From Flaccisagitta enflata (Eukaryota): DNA of 64,000 nucleotides. This document shows, piece by piece, positions 14,773 through 27,920 of the stretch. A model generated the notes under the pieces. It was not told the DNA's origin. It searched no databases and saw nothing but the letters and a program-made list of their open reading frames with translations. Location: contig OZ231126.1 of assembly GCA_965153355.1 (NCBI GenBank), forward strand, positions 12,586,001 through 12,650,000, in the 5' to 3' direction. Positions within the stretch are counted from its first letter, which is position 1. Each line of letters starts with the position of its first letter. Position numbers and translations under genes: made by a program.

Positions 14773-16321
14773 TTATTCATTTACTAAAGTAACCCGTAAA
14801 GGGCTCCGTTGGGCTCCGTTCTGCATGTACTCTAACTTTTTTGAAAAGGAAAAGTGACCCGCAAGGCTCCGCTAGGGCTCCGTCATCTGCAGGTCACTCT
14901 TGAGAAAAAAAAAGGATCACTTCTACCAAGAGAACAGGTCACTTCTATTAGAGGGGCTCCGTTCTTATTTCCTATACCCAGTACTATGCATTCTGCGTCG
15001 TGGGACCTACCAACGAACCTTGATATAAAGAAGCGAGGACGCATTTTAAATAGAAGGCTTATTGATAAAAAGCGCATCGAACGCATTTTTGAGTAAAATC
15101 AAAAGAACCAGTTTTTAGTCGCGTGCACGCGACTCTACAATCCTGCTCCGTCGGTCGGTCTGTTGGTTGGTTCCGTCCGTAACACTTTGCTTTGGCGTCG
15201 CTTTTGTCAATTTGGGTGGTCTGGAGTTATTTTGAGTCATTTTTTTGTTGTTTTTGGTCATTTTTGGTCATTTACGTCATTTTGTTCATTTATGTCATTT
15301 ATGCCGCTTTTGGGCATTTAAAGTAGTTTTAAGTCATTTTTACTCATTTTGGGACATTTCAGGTCATTTTTGGTCATTAATATGGTTTTGGTATGTTTCG
15401 TCATTTATGTCATTTTGATCACTGATCATTTAACTCATTTTTGTCCTTTTTAGTTGTTTTTAGTCGCGGACACGCGACTCTACACCTTGCCGTGTCGGTC
15501 GGTCCGTCGGTGCATCCATCCGTCCGTCGTTTTTGCATGGCTGCTCCAGCCCATCCGTCCGCGGCTGGATTGCCGTGTATCCAGCCTTGTTTGTCTTAAT
15601 GGGTCTTCTTTGGACATTATGGGTCACTTTGGGTCATTGTAGGTTATTTTGGGTCATTTTAAGCTCAAGGCAAGAGCCTCCAGGCTGAAAACTTCGTTTT
15701 TGTAATTTTTTTGGATTTTGTCATGTTTTGTCATAGTGGGTTGTTTGGAGTTATTCTTAGTCATTTTGGGGCATTTTGGGTCTTTTGAAGTCATTTTGGG
15801 TCAATAAAAGTCACTTGGCGTCATTTTGAATTGTTTTATCGTTTCTTATTTAGAAACTGGTGTGTTTTAAGGCCTGGGTTAAGAGTGGTGGGTCTCAAGG
15901 CTTAAATTGAAAGTGGTGGGTTTCAAAGCTTAAATTGAAACTGGTGGGTTTAGGGGCTTGGGTTGGGACTAAAGGATTTTGGGGCTTGGGTCGGGGACGG
16001 TGAGTTTAAAGACTTGGATAAAACTTGTGGCGTTTGGGGGTTAGAATTGGGGCTGGTGAGTTCTGGGGCTTGAATTAAGACTGGTGGGTTTCAAGGCTTT
16101 AAGTGGTGGGTCTCAGGGCTTTAGATAATCTGGAGGGGTTTCACGGCTTGGTCTGAGACTGTGGGGTTTAAAGTTTGATTGAAACTGGTGGAGTCAGGTC
16201 AATGAAACTATCTATGTCCCGCACGCGACTGAAAGGTGTTGGCCTTGTTCTCCACACGATGGGGCTCTTTGGTGATATTGCCATCTGTTGGTTAGTAAGA
16301 ATGAGTGATTTATCCACAAGG

Positions 16322-16531
<210 letters not shown>

Positions 16532-16602
16532 AGACAGAGAAGAGAGACAGACAGAGAAAAGAAAGACCTCAACGCCATCTATCGGATGGGGGTGCTTACT
16601 AA

Positions 16603-18050
16603 CTTGGTCGCCACATGTAGTGGAGGCCAAGTATCTGAACGAGCCCATAAAAGTATCCAGAAAGTATCTAGATTTTTCCGCTGGTATCTAGATAAGTATC
16701 CAAATAATGTTTCATTAAAGAAAACAATGCATGGGGTGAAGTGGCGTAAAATGAGTATCTTTTTCAAATATTTTTTGAATATCTCACAATTTTTTTTTTG
16801 TGATGGACAATGTGTGTTCCCTCTATGACTGCAAAAAAAAAAATCGCCGAAAAATTGATCTGCCTTGGGGGTAACGCCCTTGTTTTCAAACTGGGTAAGT
16901 GACCCATTTTAAAATGGGTCTCCTACTTTTTTTCAACAATATCTGCAATTCTTTTTATCTTAAGTGATAATTTCTTGTATATTAGTAAAACAAGGTCATT
17001 AGATCTAAGTCGCATGTGACAGGTCAGCACTTCAAAAAGTCATTGTAAGACAGACAGACAAACAATTTTTTTTCAAAAAGACATTTGAAATAGCTATTTA
17101 CTCCACAAAGTTTCTTTTCGACCATTCCAACATAAAAAGCGCTTTAAACAGCCTTTAAAACCTTTTTGTGACCGACCGACCAACCAACGAACCAAAAAGT
17201 GGCTTATAGAGTCGCGTAGCACGCGACTAAAAAAAGGATAGTTCCCATTTTACCTCATTCTACCCTATGATTATGTTTGGTAAAAAAAACAAAAAAACAG
17301 ACTATTTCCTATAAAAGATTGACTAATGCAGAAGATGTTGTAATGAGTTATTGAGCATGGGAAGCAAAAAGTTTTTTTAGTTTGAAACCTAACTATGAAG
17401 CTTATAACTCAACAACGCTGAGAGAGTTTGAGAGAAGCCTCAAGCATCTCTTAAGTGTAAAATTTAGAATTGATCCAGTCTTTACAATTATCACTAGATT
17501 TGGCATAATAAGGTGAGATTGGTCAAAAAGTTAAGATTTGTTCCAACAGTTTCTTTTAAGCTATTTTCATCTAAAACAAGGCCAAATACATGTTACTATA
17601 TCATTGGACAAGATGGTTTGTGATACTAAAAGCTATTTAGGGCCTTTGCTTGTTAGGCAAACCATGAAGGCAAAATACTATTATTCTAATGTCATTCCTT
17701 TCAACGGCAATGTTATTTTTTATGAAAATTGATTGAACACTGAATGCTTGGCCAATAAGCAGACTCTAGCCGTTGGACAGAGGCAAATCTGTTTGATCAA
17801 TTGCTTAGTCATAGTATCATTCATTTTCCAAGCCTAAATTTTAATTCCATCAGCTAAAAAAGTGGTAAAGTGTTCTAAAATGAGGATTTGAAGCCACTAA
17901 TTTTGGGATCTAGATCTGAGCTGGAGTATCTAGATTTTTTACCCAAAAGTATCCAGATTAGTATCCAGTATCCAGATGACATTTTTAGTATCTAGGCACC
18001 CTCTAAAAGTATCCAGATCTGGAGACTAAGTATCTAGTGTGGCGACCGAG
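16603..18050. mobile_element. Non-autonomous DNA transposon with 8-bp TSD (hAT/P-like)
   Basis: TIR cttggtcgccaca / tgtggcgaccgag; perfect TSD cttactaa (16595-16602, 18051-18058); subterminal agtatc(c/t)ag motifs. Confidence 0.88.
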
Positions 18051-18317
18051 CTTACTAAAGACCTCAACGCCATCAATCGGATGGGGGTGCGTAGCGCCCG
18101 TCACTCAGTTCCAAGTTGTCTGAGGTCGCTACATGCTCGACAAAGATTTTTCTGTAAGAATAAATTTTCTGTAAGAATAAATAATGTTGAAAACAAAAGG
18201 ACAATCGGGTTTGAATCACGGCGGGGGAAATGAGAAATCAAATCTTTACCATCTGGAGGATTCATACGTTGTAAAGCATGGTGGTGGGGATGAGCAATGT
18301 CTGCTAGAATTGATACA

Positions 18318-18356
<39 letters not shown>

Positions 18357-18358
<2 letters not shown>

Positions 18359-20175
18359 GGGTCGCCGAACTAGATACTTAGGATCCAGATCTGGATACTT
18401 TTTAGAGGTGCCTAGATACCTGAAAAGGCATTTAGATCCTGGCTACTAATCTGGATACTTTTGGGAGAAAAATTTAGATACTTGAAATAGTGGCTTAAAG
18501 ATTTTTTTTAAAACATGCTCAGCTACTTTTTTTAGGTAAAGGACTTAAATCTGGGCTAATAAAATGATTTTTTTATCTTGGTTAAGTATATGCATACCTG
18601 ATATAAATGTAAATATGTTTGTGAGTCAGTTGCTTGATTTTTTTGGTGATGATGCAAATTTGACCATAGAACTTGCTTGATTTTTTTGATGATGCAAATT
18701 TAGCCATAGAATTTTTAAAGAGTCATATTGCCTTTGCCCCCTGCTTACCGTCAAGCATCCAATATTTTTTTTGAATCAATTCAAGATGCTCTTACTAAAT
18801 CATGAATGACATAAAATAACTGTGTCCTAGAAAGTATTTTACCTTCATAGTTTTCCTTAAGCCTTCATAGCATTCATAGTTTTCCTAAAGTTGAGCATTC
18901 CCTCCACAGCGGGGAGGGGGAATAAAATCAAAGGGTTTGGAGATGGGGAAGAAAATCAAAAGTTTGAAAAACAAAAAAAAGAAATTTTTTGAAGATCCAA
19001 CACTTTTGGTAGTACCAAAAGGTAAAATACAATTATTACAACACAATTCAACACTATTTAAACATAAAATATACTGTTTTATAGCTTTGAGGGAAGAAAA
19101 TCAAAGGCAGGGGGAGGAATAAAATCAAAAGCCCCTCAACTATATACACCCCTGCTTCATAGCATTTATAGTTTTCCTGAAGAGGCCCCAGATTTCTCAT
19201 AGCATAATAAGCAATGTTTTTAAAGTTGGACACACAACTCTTGAACCTGCTTTATTGGTTTGTCTGTCTGTCCATCTGTTTATTTGTTGGAAACTTTTTT
19301 GAAATGTGAGCAGTTTTTTAAATATGTACAGTAACTCTCCACTGCTTTGTTCTCATTCATCCATTGGTGGGTTGGTTTGTCGTCCTCTTTTATTTTTTTT
19401 CAGTTGTTTTGAGTTAACCCCACCTAAACAAATGCTCCGGTGACCTTTTCTTTCACTGCTCCTGCCCACCCACATGCGACTGGGGTAGCCATGTAACCGG
19501 CCTTATTATTATACTGCCTTAGCCCACCTGTCCGCAATCGTGAAATGGTGATCAGGCCTTGTCAATGAAAATAGCCATTAAAGAATATCTGTATTCTTTT
19601 TAATCTTTCTGGTTCTATTTTTAGTTCTAAGTGTACTAAATCAAGTGGTACCTGTTGGGAGTGGCATTATATATCAAGGTGCACAAATTTTTTTTTTTTT
19701 TTTTTTTTTGCTTTTTGATTAATTTTACTCATGAGCGTCGCCTTGCTTGCTTTTTTTTATAAAATAAAGGCAATGCTGAGGCCAAAATACTTCCTGTACT
19801 TTTTCATTGGGAGATGAAGAGATTAGGGGTTATAAGCAATAATCATATGGCTAAAAAACTAAGACATGCAAGATAATCCCTGCTGTTACAAGCCAACTTG
19901 ACTCCATAAGTTGTCTATGATAATCTTTTCTCAAATCATCTTTGCATTGTAGATTTAAAGAGTTATGAGCTCAAGAGTTGCAGCATCTTCTACATTAATC
20001 AGTCTATTCATATCACTCTAATGTTTTTTTGACAAATATCATTATTCATATTGATTTCTTTTATAAAATATCCTCTAGATACTAATCTAGATACTAGCGG
20101 AAAATCCTAGATACTTTCTGGATACATTTTGGGGTTCTTTTAGATACTTGGCCTCCACTACATTTGGCGACCGAG
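18357..20175. mobile_element. Second copy of the same family, inverted orientation
   Basis: ctgggtcgcc ... tggcgaccgag termini; both ends are reverse complements of the ends of 16603-18050; contains nested MITE and HINE fragments. Confidence 0.82.
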
Positions 20176-20335
20176 CTCTCCTCCTCAGTTCTCAGTCTCA
20201 CATGGCCTTTTTTCCATATTTTTTTCCTTTTGTTCTTTTACTATTTTTGCGTAATATCCTTACCAAAACGATCCGTTCTATCCCGTTTCAGGTGCTGTCT
20301 TTCGATATGCCCTTCAAAATGTGTACGTGACGGTT

Positions 20336-21390
20336 ATGGCCTCTTTGCTGTCTTCTCTGCGACGGTCCTGTTTCGTTGCCTACGTTCTCACGCACGATTG
20401 TCGTGCGAGACGTCCCCTCGCCGCGGACAAATCGTATCGTAAAGGCGTCGCGTTGGCCTCCATTGTCTCCGCTGCTCTCCCGCCGATTGTCGTTAAGGCT
20501 AAGGAACTGGAAGCAACAGATAAGTCCGACGCTCCGTCACCGCCGTCGCCTCCATCACCCCCGTCACTGCCGTCACCCTCGTCGTCCTCTCTCGAAGACT
20601 CCAAGAGGCGGAAAAAGGAAGAGGCGAAGAGAAAGCGGCTCATCGACTTGTTGGACGCGAAAAACTCGAAGGAAGACCATCGTGGGGCACTTCGATTACT
20701 GCTAGAATTCACGGCCGACGAAACGCGGGACCCTAGAGTGAGTAATCCTTAGAAATTGGTAACATACAACACATTCTACATCAAGCACGATCACTATCAC
20801 GATCACTATTCACTTAATTCTGTAAGCGACTATCTTGTTACGGTCCTAGAATTAATTCTATAAATTTAGTTTAGTCAACTTAGCCTAGTAATAAGCGCCC
20901 CTCTTATTTTTGCCTCTCTTGTATGTTTGTGCCGTAAATTCATCGCTGAAAATGAATGGACATTGCAATGCATGGGTTTAAATGAAAACATCATCGTCAT
21001 GCTTCAAAATTGACTGTCGTTGAATGAAATTTTCATGTCCAAGATGAAGACTTATGACGATGCAATGAGCTCAAATTGCATGTACCATTTCAATTTTCCA
21101 CACACAGTTGCTTTGGCGTTACGCCCGTACATTGTACGAAGTCTCGGGTAACTCCTCAGCCTCGTCGACGACGCGTTTGAGCGGCGTGCCTCCGCTAATC
21201 GACGACTCCGAAGAGAAGCAGCTTTTGGAGAAAGCTTTAGTCTCTGCCGATCGATCCATCGAAGCTTCGGAGGAAACTCGCGACGAGGGCGAATTGGCCA
21301 AAGCGCATTTGTGGTACGCCATCGTACTCGAGGCGCTTGGAAGGTGGAAAAGCCTCAGGGAGAAAATAGCAGACTCGTTTGTTATCAAAG
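20336..21390 (+). CDS. RMDN1: Regulator of microtubule dynamics (RMDN1/FAM82-like), exons 1-2
   Basis: Exon 1 20336-20737 (donor gtgagt) and exon 2 21108-21390 (cacacag / gtgagt) join to DPRLLWRYAR...AHLWYAIVL...EKIADSFVIK, the RMDN TPR-like motifs. The Arg/Ser/Leu-rich N-terminus resembles a mitochondrial presequence. Paralogue assignment (RMDN1 vs 2/3) is by recall, not by search. Confidence 0.88.
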
Positions 21391-21948
21391 GTGAGTCACC
21401 TATTTTGATGTTTTTGTGTGTTTTTTGTGTGTTTGTGGTTGTTTGTGTGTGTGTTCTGTAGAGAGAAAGGTAAAGGCATCATGTTGAGCAGTAGACCGAA
21501 GACTGATCTCGAGCAGTTGCAATTCAATTTTTTTTTTCTTTTATCACGACAATGGACAACAGCAAGGTTCAATTCGTGTTGATTCGTGTTGATTCGTCTT
21601 TTTGTGTTTGTTTTTGTGGTTGTGTGTTTGGTTTTGTGTGTGTTTGTTTTTGAGTGTGTTTGTTTTTGAGTGTGTGTGTTGGTTTTTGTTCGTGTGTGTT
21701 TGTTTTTGTTTGTTTTTTGTGTTTTTTTTGTGTGTTTGTTTTGTGTGTTTGTTTTGTGTGTTTGTTTAGTGTGTTTGTTTGTGTTTGTTTTTATGTTTGT
21801 TTGTTTTTGTGTGTGTTTGTTTTTGTGTGATTGGTTTTGTGTCTGTTTTGTGTGTTTGTTTTTGTGTGTGTTAGTTTTTGTGCGTGTTTGTTTTTGTGCT
21901 AGTTGGTTTCTGTGCGTGTTTGTTTTTGTGTATTGTTTTGAGATATTA

Positions 21949-22446
21949 CACTTTTTTTTTTTTCTTATAAGAACGTCATTTTTTGATCAAGCCTTCAATG
22001 TTCTTAAATTTTGAGCAGTTTTAAGGCTTGAACGTTCTTAAATTGTTCTTAATTCAAATACACTTTTTAACCTTCAATTAAGAATGTTCTTAATTAGTTG
22101 TAAGTTTCTCATTAAGGAGAAAATGTAAGAAAATGTCAATGCAACAAAGTAGCAGATTTTAACGTTTTAAATGAATTAAGATCAATGAAAGGAGAAAAAT
22201 ATGCTATTTAAAGAGAGACATGATTTGCTGAACAGAAGAGATACAGAGTCTGTTCATTTACAAAGAACAATTGATAAAAAAAGCCCAGGAAAAAAAATGC
22301 TCTTAGATTTTTAGGATTTTAAGCCTAATGTTCTTAAATTTTTGAAGAAATGAAGCCTTCCAACGTTTTTTAGCATGTTCTTAAATTTTTGAGGATTTGA
22401 AGCCTAACGTTCTTATAAACTTGGTTCTTATAAAAAAAAATAAGTG
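21949..22446. mobile_element. TA-flanked MITE (Tc1/mariner-type target)
   Basis: ta-cact(t)nttataagaac ... gttcttata(a)ntaagtg-ta; internal gttcttaa motifs. Confidence 0.75.
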
Positions 22447-22782
22447 TATCTGGCCCAAATACCACAAGATATAACACCGTGCGCCGCATCCTGTTATCGC
22501 TTGCATGCATCTATCAAGAGCATTTTGTTTGCATTCTTATCTTCTTTAGGACAAAGCAATTATAGCTTCATGTAAAGAATCAGTTATAACTCGATGTCTT
22601 TGTGCTTGCGCTCGCTGCGTATTTAGACGGTTTGATCGCAGCATATTGACTGGCCAGAGACTCTTCTCTCTCTTTCTCTTTTTCTTTTTCCTTTTCCTTT
22701 TCCTTTTCCTTTTTCTTTTCCTTTTCCTTTTCCTCTTTCTCTTTCTCTTTCTCTTTCTCTTTCTCTTTTTCTTTTTCTTTTT

Positions 22783-22814
<32 letters not shown>

Positions 22815-23203
22815 GGGCATACTCGTATTAACGAAATTTGTGCTTAAGTTACACTTTTTTTGCTCTGAAGCACAACATCGTGATTCAGAAGAAAGAGAAA
22901 GAACTGGCCTCATTGAAGTTCGTCCTTCAGTGAAATGGGAATTGTTGAAAACAAGACCAACACCTATAAGTCGAGTGCGAGACTTACAGAATGACTTACT
23001 GTAGCATGACTAAGAATGACTTGGAAATCACTTAAAAAGACTTAAGGGAAAAAAATTGATGAAAAAAGTAAAAATGTGACAGACAGACAGACAGACCGAC
23101 TTACAAAGCGGGGTGTGCAGGCGACTAGAAATTCTATTGATGTGTTACAATAGAAATGAAATGCACATAGTTGCTCTTATTCTTCAACAAAAAATCCTTT
23201 ACT

Positions 23204-23272
<69 letters not shown>

Positions 23273-23529
23273 ATTTTAATGATGGATGAACAAATCGGAG
23301 CTAACATTTAGATCACCCACTATGCGCCAAAAGGAAACAAAATTCACTGTGGGCTCAAAGGTACTAAAATGAATATAAATTAAAAATAAATATTTCTTGA
23401 GAAAAATTTATAAAGAATCAAGTTTTTTTATTATTCTATCAATATTTCAAATATTGAAAAATATGGTAAATGTATAACATTATTAAAATGGAAAAATATA
23501 CATGATTTTCTAGCAAAGACATGAAAATA

Positions 23530-25515
23530 CAGTGGACTACTAACTTATCGGCACCTGATTTAACAGCATTTCTGATTTAACAACCATGATGCCTGAGTCC
23601 CAAAATTTTGTAGGCTTTTATAATGTTTATTTCTCCGGATTTAACAACACCTGATTTAACAGCCAAACCTGATTTACAGGCACTATTTATAGGTCAATTT
23701 TCGCGTTGATGGCAGCTGTACGAATCTCGGCTTTGTAAGGGCCGCTCCTACCGCCTGCAAGCCCCGCTAACCACGTAACAAGACGATGATCTGTTGACGC
23801 CGTAATACTGTATTTGGAGAAGGAAACTTATCATGATTGAGCAACTATTTAGTACATCGATTACATTGTATCCATTCACTTTCTTCTCCTAACCGTTAAA
23901 GCTAGCGGGGGTAGGTTTGATGTATGATAAAAAATAGAAAGAAACTAAAAAGACAAAAACGTCCAACATGTCTTCTCGGCGGTATCCTTATCATCTATCT
24001 CTTCTCTGTATCTAATCGTTTATGTCGAGTATAAGCGCGAAGACGTAGCATATTTCCACACTCCCGCCCCAACCGCGTTCGCGATCTGAGCGGTAATCAA
24101 GGTCGGAATCCATTAAATCTGTAAGTCGTAGCGCAAAGTCGTATTCTCCCGCCGTATGAAATGCGAATTCTGCTCCCGCCGTACTGGCAAATGTTCTCGT
24201 GATCACTGAGTCTTGACATCAATGTGACAGTAATTGCGTCGCTTCGTTTCTCTTTTCCGTATCCACGACGCGGAGGGTGAGTTTGCTGCTGCCGGCTTCG
24301 TAGCCCAGTTGTTTCCACCGGTCAACGTTTCCTGATAGCTTCGTGTCTCTATTGTGTCCGCTATCGTATTTGTTCCAATTTCTGTGATCTGTATCGGGGT
24401 GACTGCCAATCTTTGTCTTGCTCCAGAAGTTCTGTTGTTCATTTGCTGTGCGTCGAAAAGTTTCGTTCATCTTCCTGCGGCCGAAGTTAGTCTATTCTTC
24501 CAATTCACGATCTTTGATTCTGTTCCGGCATCCGTCTCTTGGCGCGTAGATCTCTTGTTAGTCGTAGCTGCGATTCTTGAATTAACGTATTACTGTATGA
24601 ATCTCGGCTTCGTAAGGGCCGCTCCTACCGCCTGCAAGCCTCGCTAACCACGTAACAAGACATGATATCTGTTGACGCCGTAATACTGTATTTGGAGAAG
24701 GAAACTTATCATGATTGAGCAACTATTTAGTACATCGATTACATTGTATCCATTCACTTTCTTCTTCTAACCGTTAAAGCTAGCGGCGGTAGAGAGGTTA
24801 GATGTATGATAAAAAATAGAAAGAAATTAAAAAGACAAAAACGTCCAACATGTCTTCTTGGCAGTATCCTTATCATCTATCGCTTCTCTGTATCTAATTG
24901 TTTATGTGGAGTATGAGCGCGAAGACGTAGCATATTTCCACAGGTATTAATACAGACTTTGGTTCAATTAATGATAGTTTTTTTATCAAAATTATCTATC
25001 ATTCAGCAAACACTTAATATTATATAAATTAGACTATATTTAAACTGAAAAGTTATATAGATGCACAGAATAAAGATTTAAAAAAATACATAATCAGTGG
25101 AACACCAATGGAAATCTGTGATCATTTTTGTTAAGGAAGATTTAAGTCAAAATCAATTTTCCCTATCTAGGTATTTTTTATTATGCATTTTATCATTATT
25201 CTTTTACTTTTTTCCAAACCATGCTAAATAATTTTAATATTTACACAATGATGTTTCATAAATGTATTAAAGCAAGCTCATTGGAGGCTTTAAGCAAGCT
25301 CATTGGAGGCTTTATTTGTAAATCTTTTTCTCTGCCACTTGCACAAATGTTTTACCACTGCAATTCATTAAGCAATTTGCTAATTCTATTTTGCTTGTTT
25401 TTTGTTTTTTTTTGTAAAAAAAAACAAGAAAATTGGTAATTCGATTTAACAACATTCGGATTTAACAACCAAAATACTCTAGTCCCTTCAGGACCGTTAT
25501 ATCGGATTTCCACTG
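23530..25515. mobile_element. pogo/Tigger-like MITE hosting an LTR-like insertion
   Basis: ta-cagtgga ... tccactg-ta termini; repeated gatttaaca subterminal motifs at both ends. Confidence 0.75.
23717..24942 (-). mobile_element. TRIM-like miniature LTR element
   Basis: Direct repeats 23717-24060 and 24594-24942, both TG...CA and highly similar, around a 533-bp interior. Minus-strand polypurine tract ggggcgggag at 24061-24070 abuts an LTR. No clear PBS or TSD. Confidence 0.8.
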
Positions 25516-26327
25516 TAGTTAGGAAATTTTTAGTCCCCTGCACGCAACTTTACGCCCCGCTTTGTCCATCTGTCGGTTGGTTGGTCGATTGGTCAATTGG
25601 TCCCCATTTTATTTTTGTTTCATCAACTTTATTTTTTAAGTCATATAAGGAATTTCAGGGTAATTTAAGTCATTCTAAGTCATTCTAAGTTAAGCTGTAA
25701 GTCTTGCACGCAACTTTTAGGTGTTGCCCTTGTTTTAATTTGCAAGTTTTTTTGACAATTACTTGTTTTAAATAAAAAAAAAATTTTACAAAACTATTTT
25801 TAAAAAAAAATTAAAAGCGTAAATTTTTGAATTTTAAGAATTTTGGAACTAAAAATTTTTGAAGAAAAGATTTTTGAAGTGAAAAAAATAAAACAAAGAA
25901 AATTAAAGCAAAAAATTTAGGCGAAAAATTTGAGCTAAAAATTTTCAAAATTGAATAATTTTAAAAATTGAAATTTTTGAAACAAGAATTTGTAAATAAA
26001 GAATTTAAGCAAAAAAAAATTAAAAATGAAAATTTTAAGAATGAAAGTTTTTTAAAGTAAAAAATTTGCAGTAAAAATTTAATAAGTGAAAATTTGAAAA
26101 GTGAAAATTTAAAAAGTGAATATCTTTAAAGCAAAAATATTTTGAGAGAAAATTTAAATGAAAAAAAAATTTGAAGAAAAAAAATTTGATGGGGTCTAGG
26201 GGGATAGCCCGCAACTAAAAACATATGTAACCAATCATAAAGAAGCAGCACTGCAAGATTTATAAAGCAGAAAAAAATCATAATTAATTTACCTATCAAA
26301 ATCAAGATATAAAGAATTTTGATTCTA

Positions 26328-27538
26328 CAGGGTGTTTCATGCCAAACTAGATATAAGAAAACCATACCATTCTTTTTGTAAAAATGCGAAAATAGTTCTG
26401 AAAAAAGATTTAAAGAGCTTTTGACTTTGATTTTTTGTGTAAAAATTTCATAAGTTTGGGTCAAATATTTTGGCCACAACATCAATTTGAAGTAAAATGA
26501 GAAGAATCTCTTTTAAAATAATTTGGTTTTGAAAAGTCCTCTATAAGGTGCTGTCAATTCCAAACAGCTTGTGCCATAAATGCTGGATAGATCTTAAATT
26601 AAAGAAAATTTGATAAGCTTTCATTTAAGAACAATCTGGCATCTGTAACTCAAGCCATTAACACTGCTGTCTCACATGAGGTTTGAGACAAGAATGATAT
26701 TTCTATGCGTTTTTTTGCATTTTTGCAGAGTTTATGAGTAAATAAACCAAGAACTATCAAAAAGAAAATCTTTCCCAAGGCGCTTTTTGGAAAAAAACTG
26801 AAAAAATAAGATTTTAAGCTTCATTTTGCATAGAATATTTTTCAGGCTGGTTTGACTTATTTGACAGCATAATGTTAATCCTGATAAAATTCCCTTTCAT
26901 TTGATAGGTCACACTATATACTTTTCCGAAGAAATAAAATTTTCATTTTTGAAGCCACCGTTACAAAATTACAACGGTGGCCTAAATTATGAATACTTCA
27001 TTTCTTATCAAAACCATACAGTGCGACCTATCAAATGAAAGGGAATTTTATCAGGATTAACATTATGCTGTCAAAAAATAGGTCAAACCAACCTTAAGAA
27101 TAATCTATGCAACATAATCCCTATGCAACATAATCCTGAAAATCTTGAAGTTTTCCTTTTTTTCAAAAAGCGCCTTGGGAAAGATTTTCTACTTGATGGT
27201 TCTTGGTTTGTATACTCATGAACTATGCAAAAATGCAAAAAACCGCACAGTAATATCATTCTTGTCTCAAACCTTATTTGAGACACCAGTGTTAAGAAAT
27301 GAGAGCACCGCAAAAAAAAATTTTAAAATCAAAATTATGTTAAAAGAGCTTCTCCTTTAAATGCTTACTTTACCTCAGATTTATGTTTGGGCCAAGATAT
27401 TCAACCCAAACTCATAAAATCTTCACTCAAAAAATCAGAACTTGAGTGCTCTTTGAATCTTTTTTCAGAACTATTTTTGCATGTCTAGAAGCAGAATGGC
27501 ATCGTTTTCTTATATCTATTTTGGCATGAAACACCATG
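26328..27538. mobile_element. Palindromic TA-flanked MITE with a TTAA-flanked palindromic element (26662-27291) inserted near its centre
   Basis: Outer ta-cagggtgtttcatgccaaa / tttggcatgaaacaccatg-ta; inner ttaa-cactg...cagtg-ttaa. Confidence 0.85.
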
Positions 27539-27881
27539 TATTTTTTTTTTCATATAGTGCATTTTCTTTCACTTTGGCCCACAGTGTATTTTGATCTCAG
27601 GAAACCCAATGTGCAGCGTCTACGAATCTCGTATCTACATAGACATGTAAGGACATGGAAGAACTGAATGAGAATAGGACAAACCGACAAACACAACAAG
27701 GTGTAAGCAACTAAAAATGATATAAGAACTTTGGACGAAAGGAGACGATTCAAGCAACTGTTTGCATTGTTATCTGCTAAATTAGAATAGAAGGCACTTT
27801 TTCTCATTCTTCGAGACGCGACGCGCGCCACTGTCTCCAGAAATCATAAAAGTTTTAAAAACATACACACACACACTCACT

Positions 27882-27920
<39 letters not shown>

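Noticed and set aside
23345-27586. Transib-like element with cactgtggg / cccacagtg ends
   Set aside because: Only about 10 bp match well and the flanks are not a clean duplication; plausible but unsupported.
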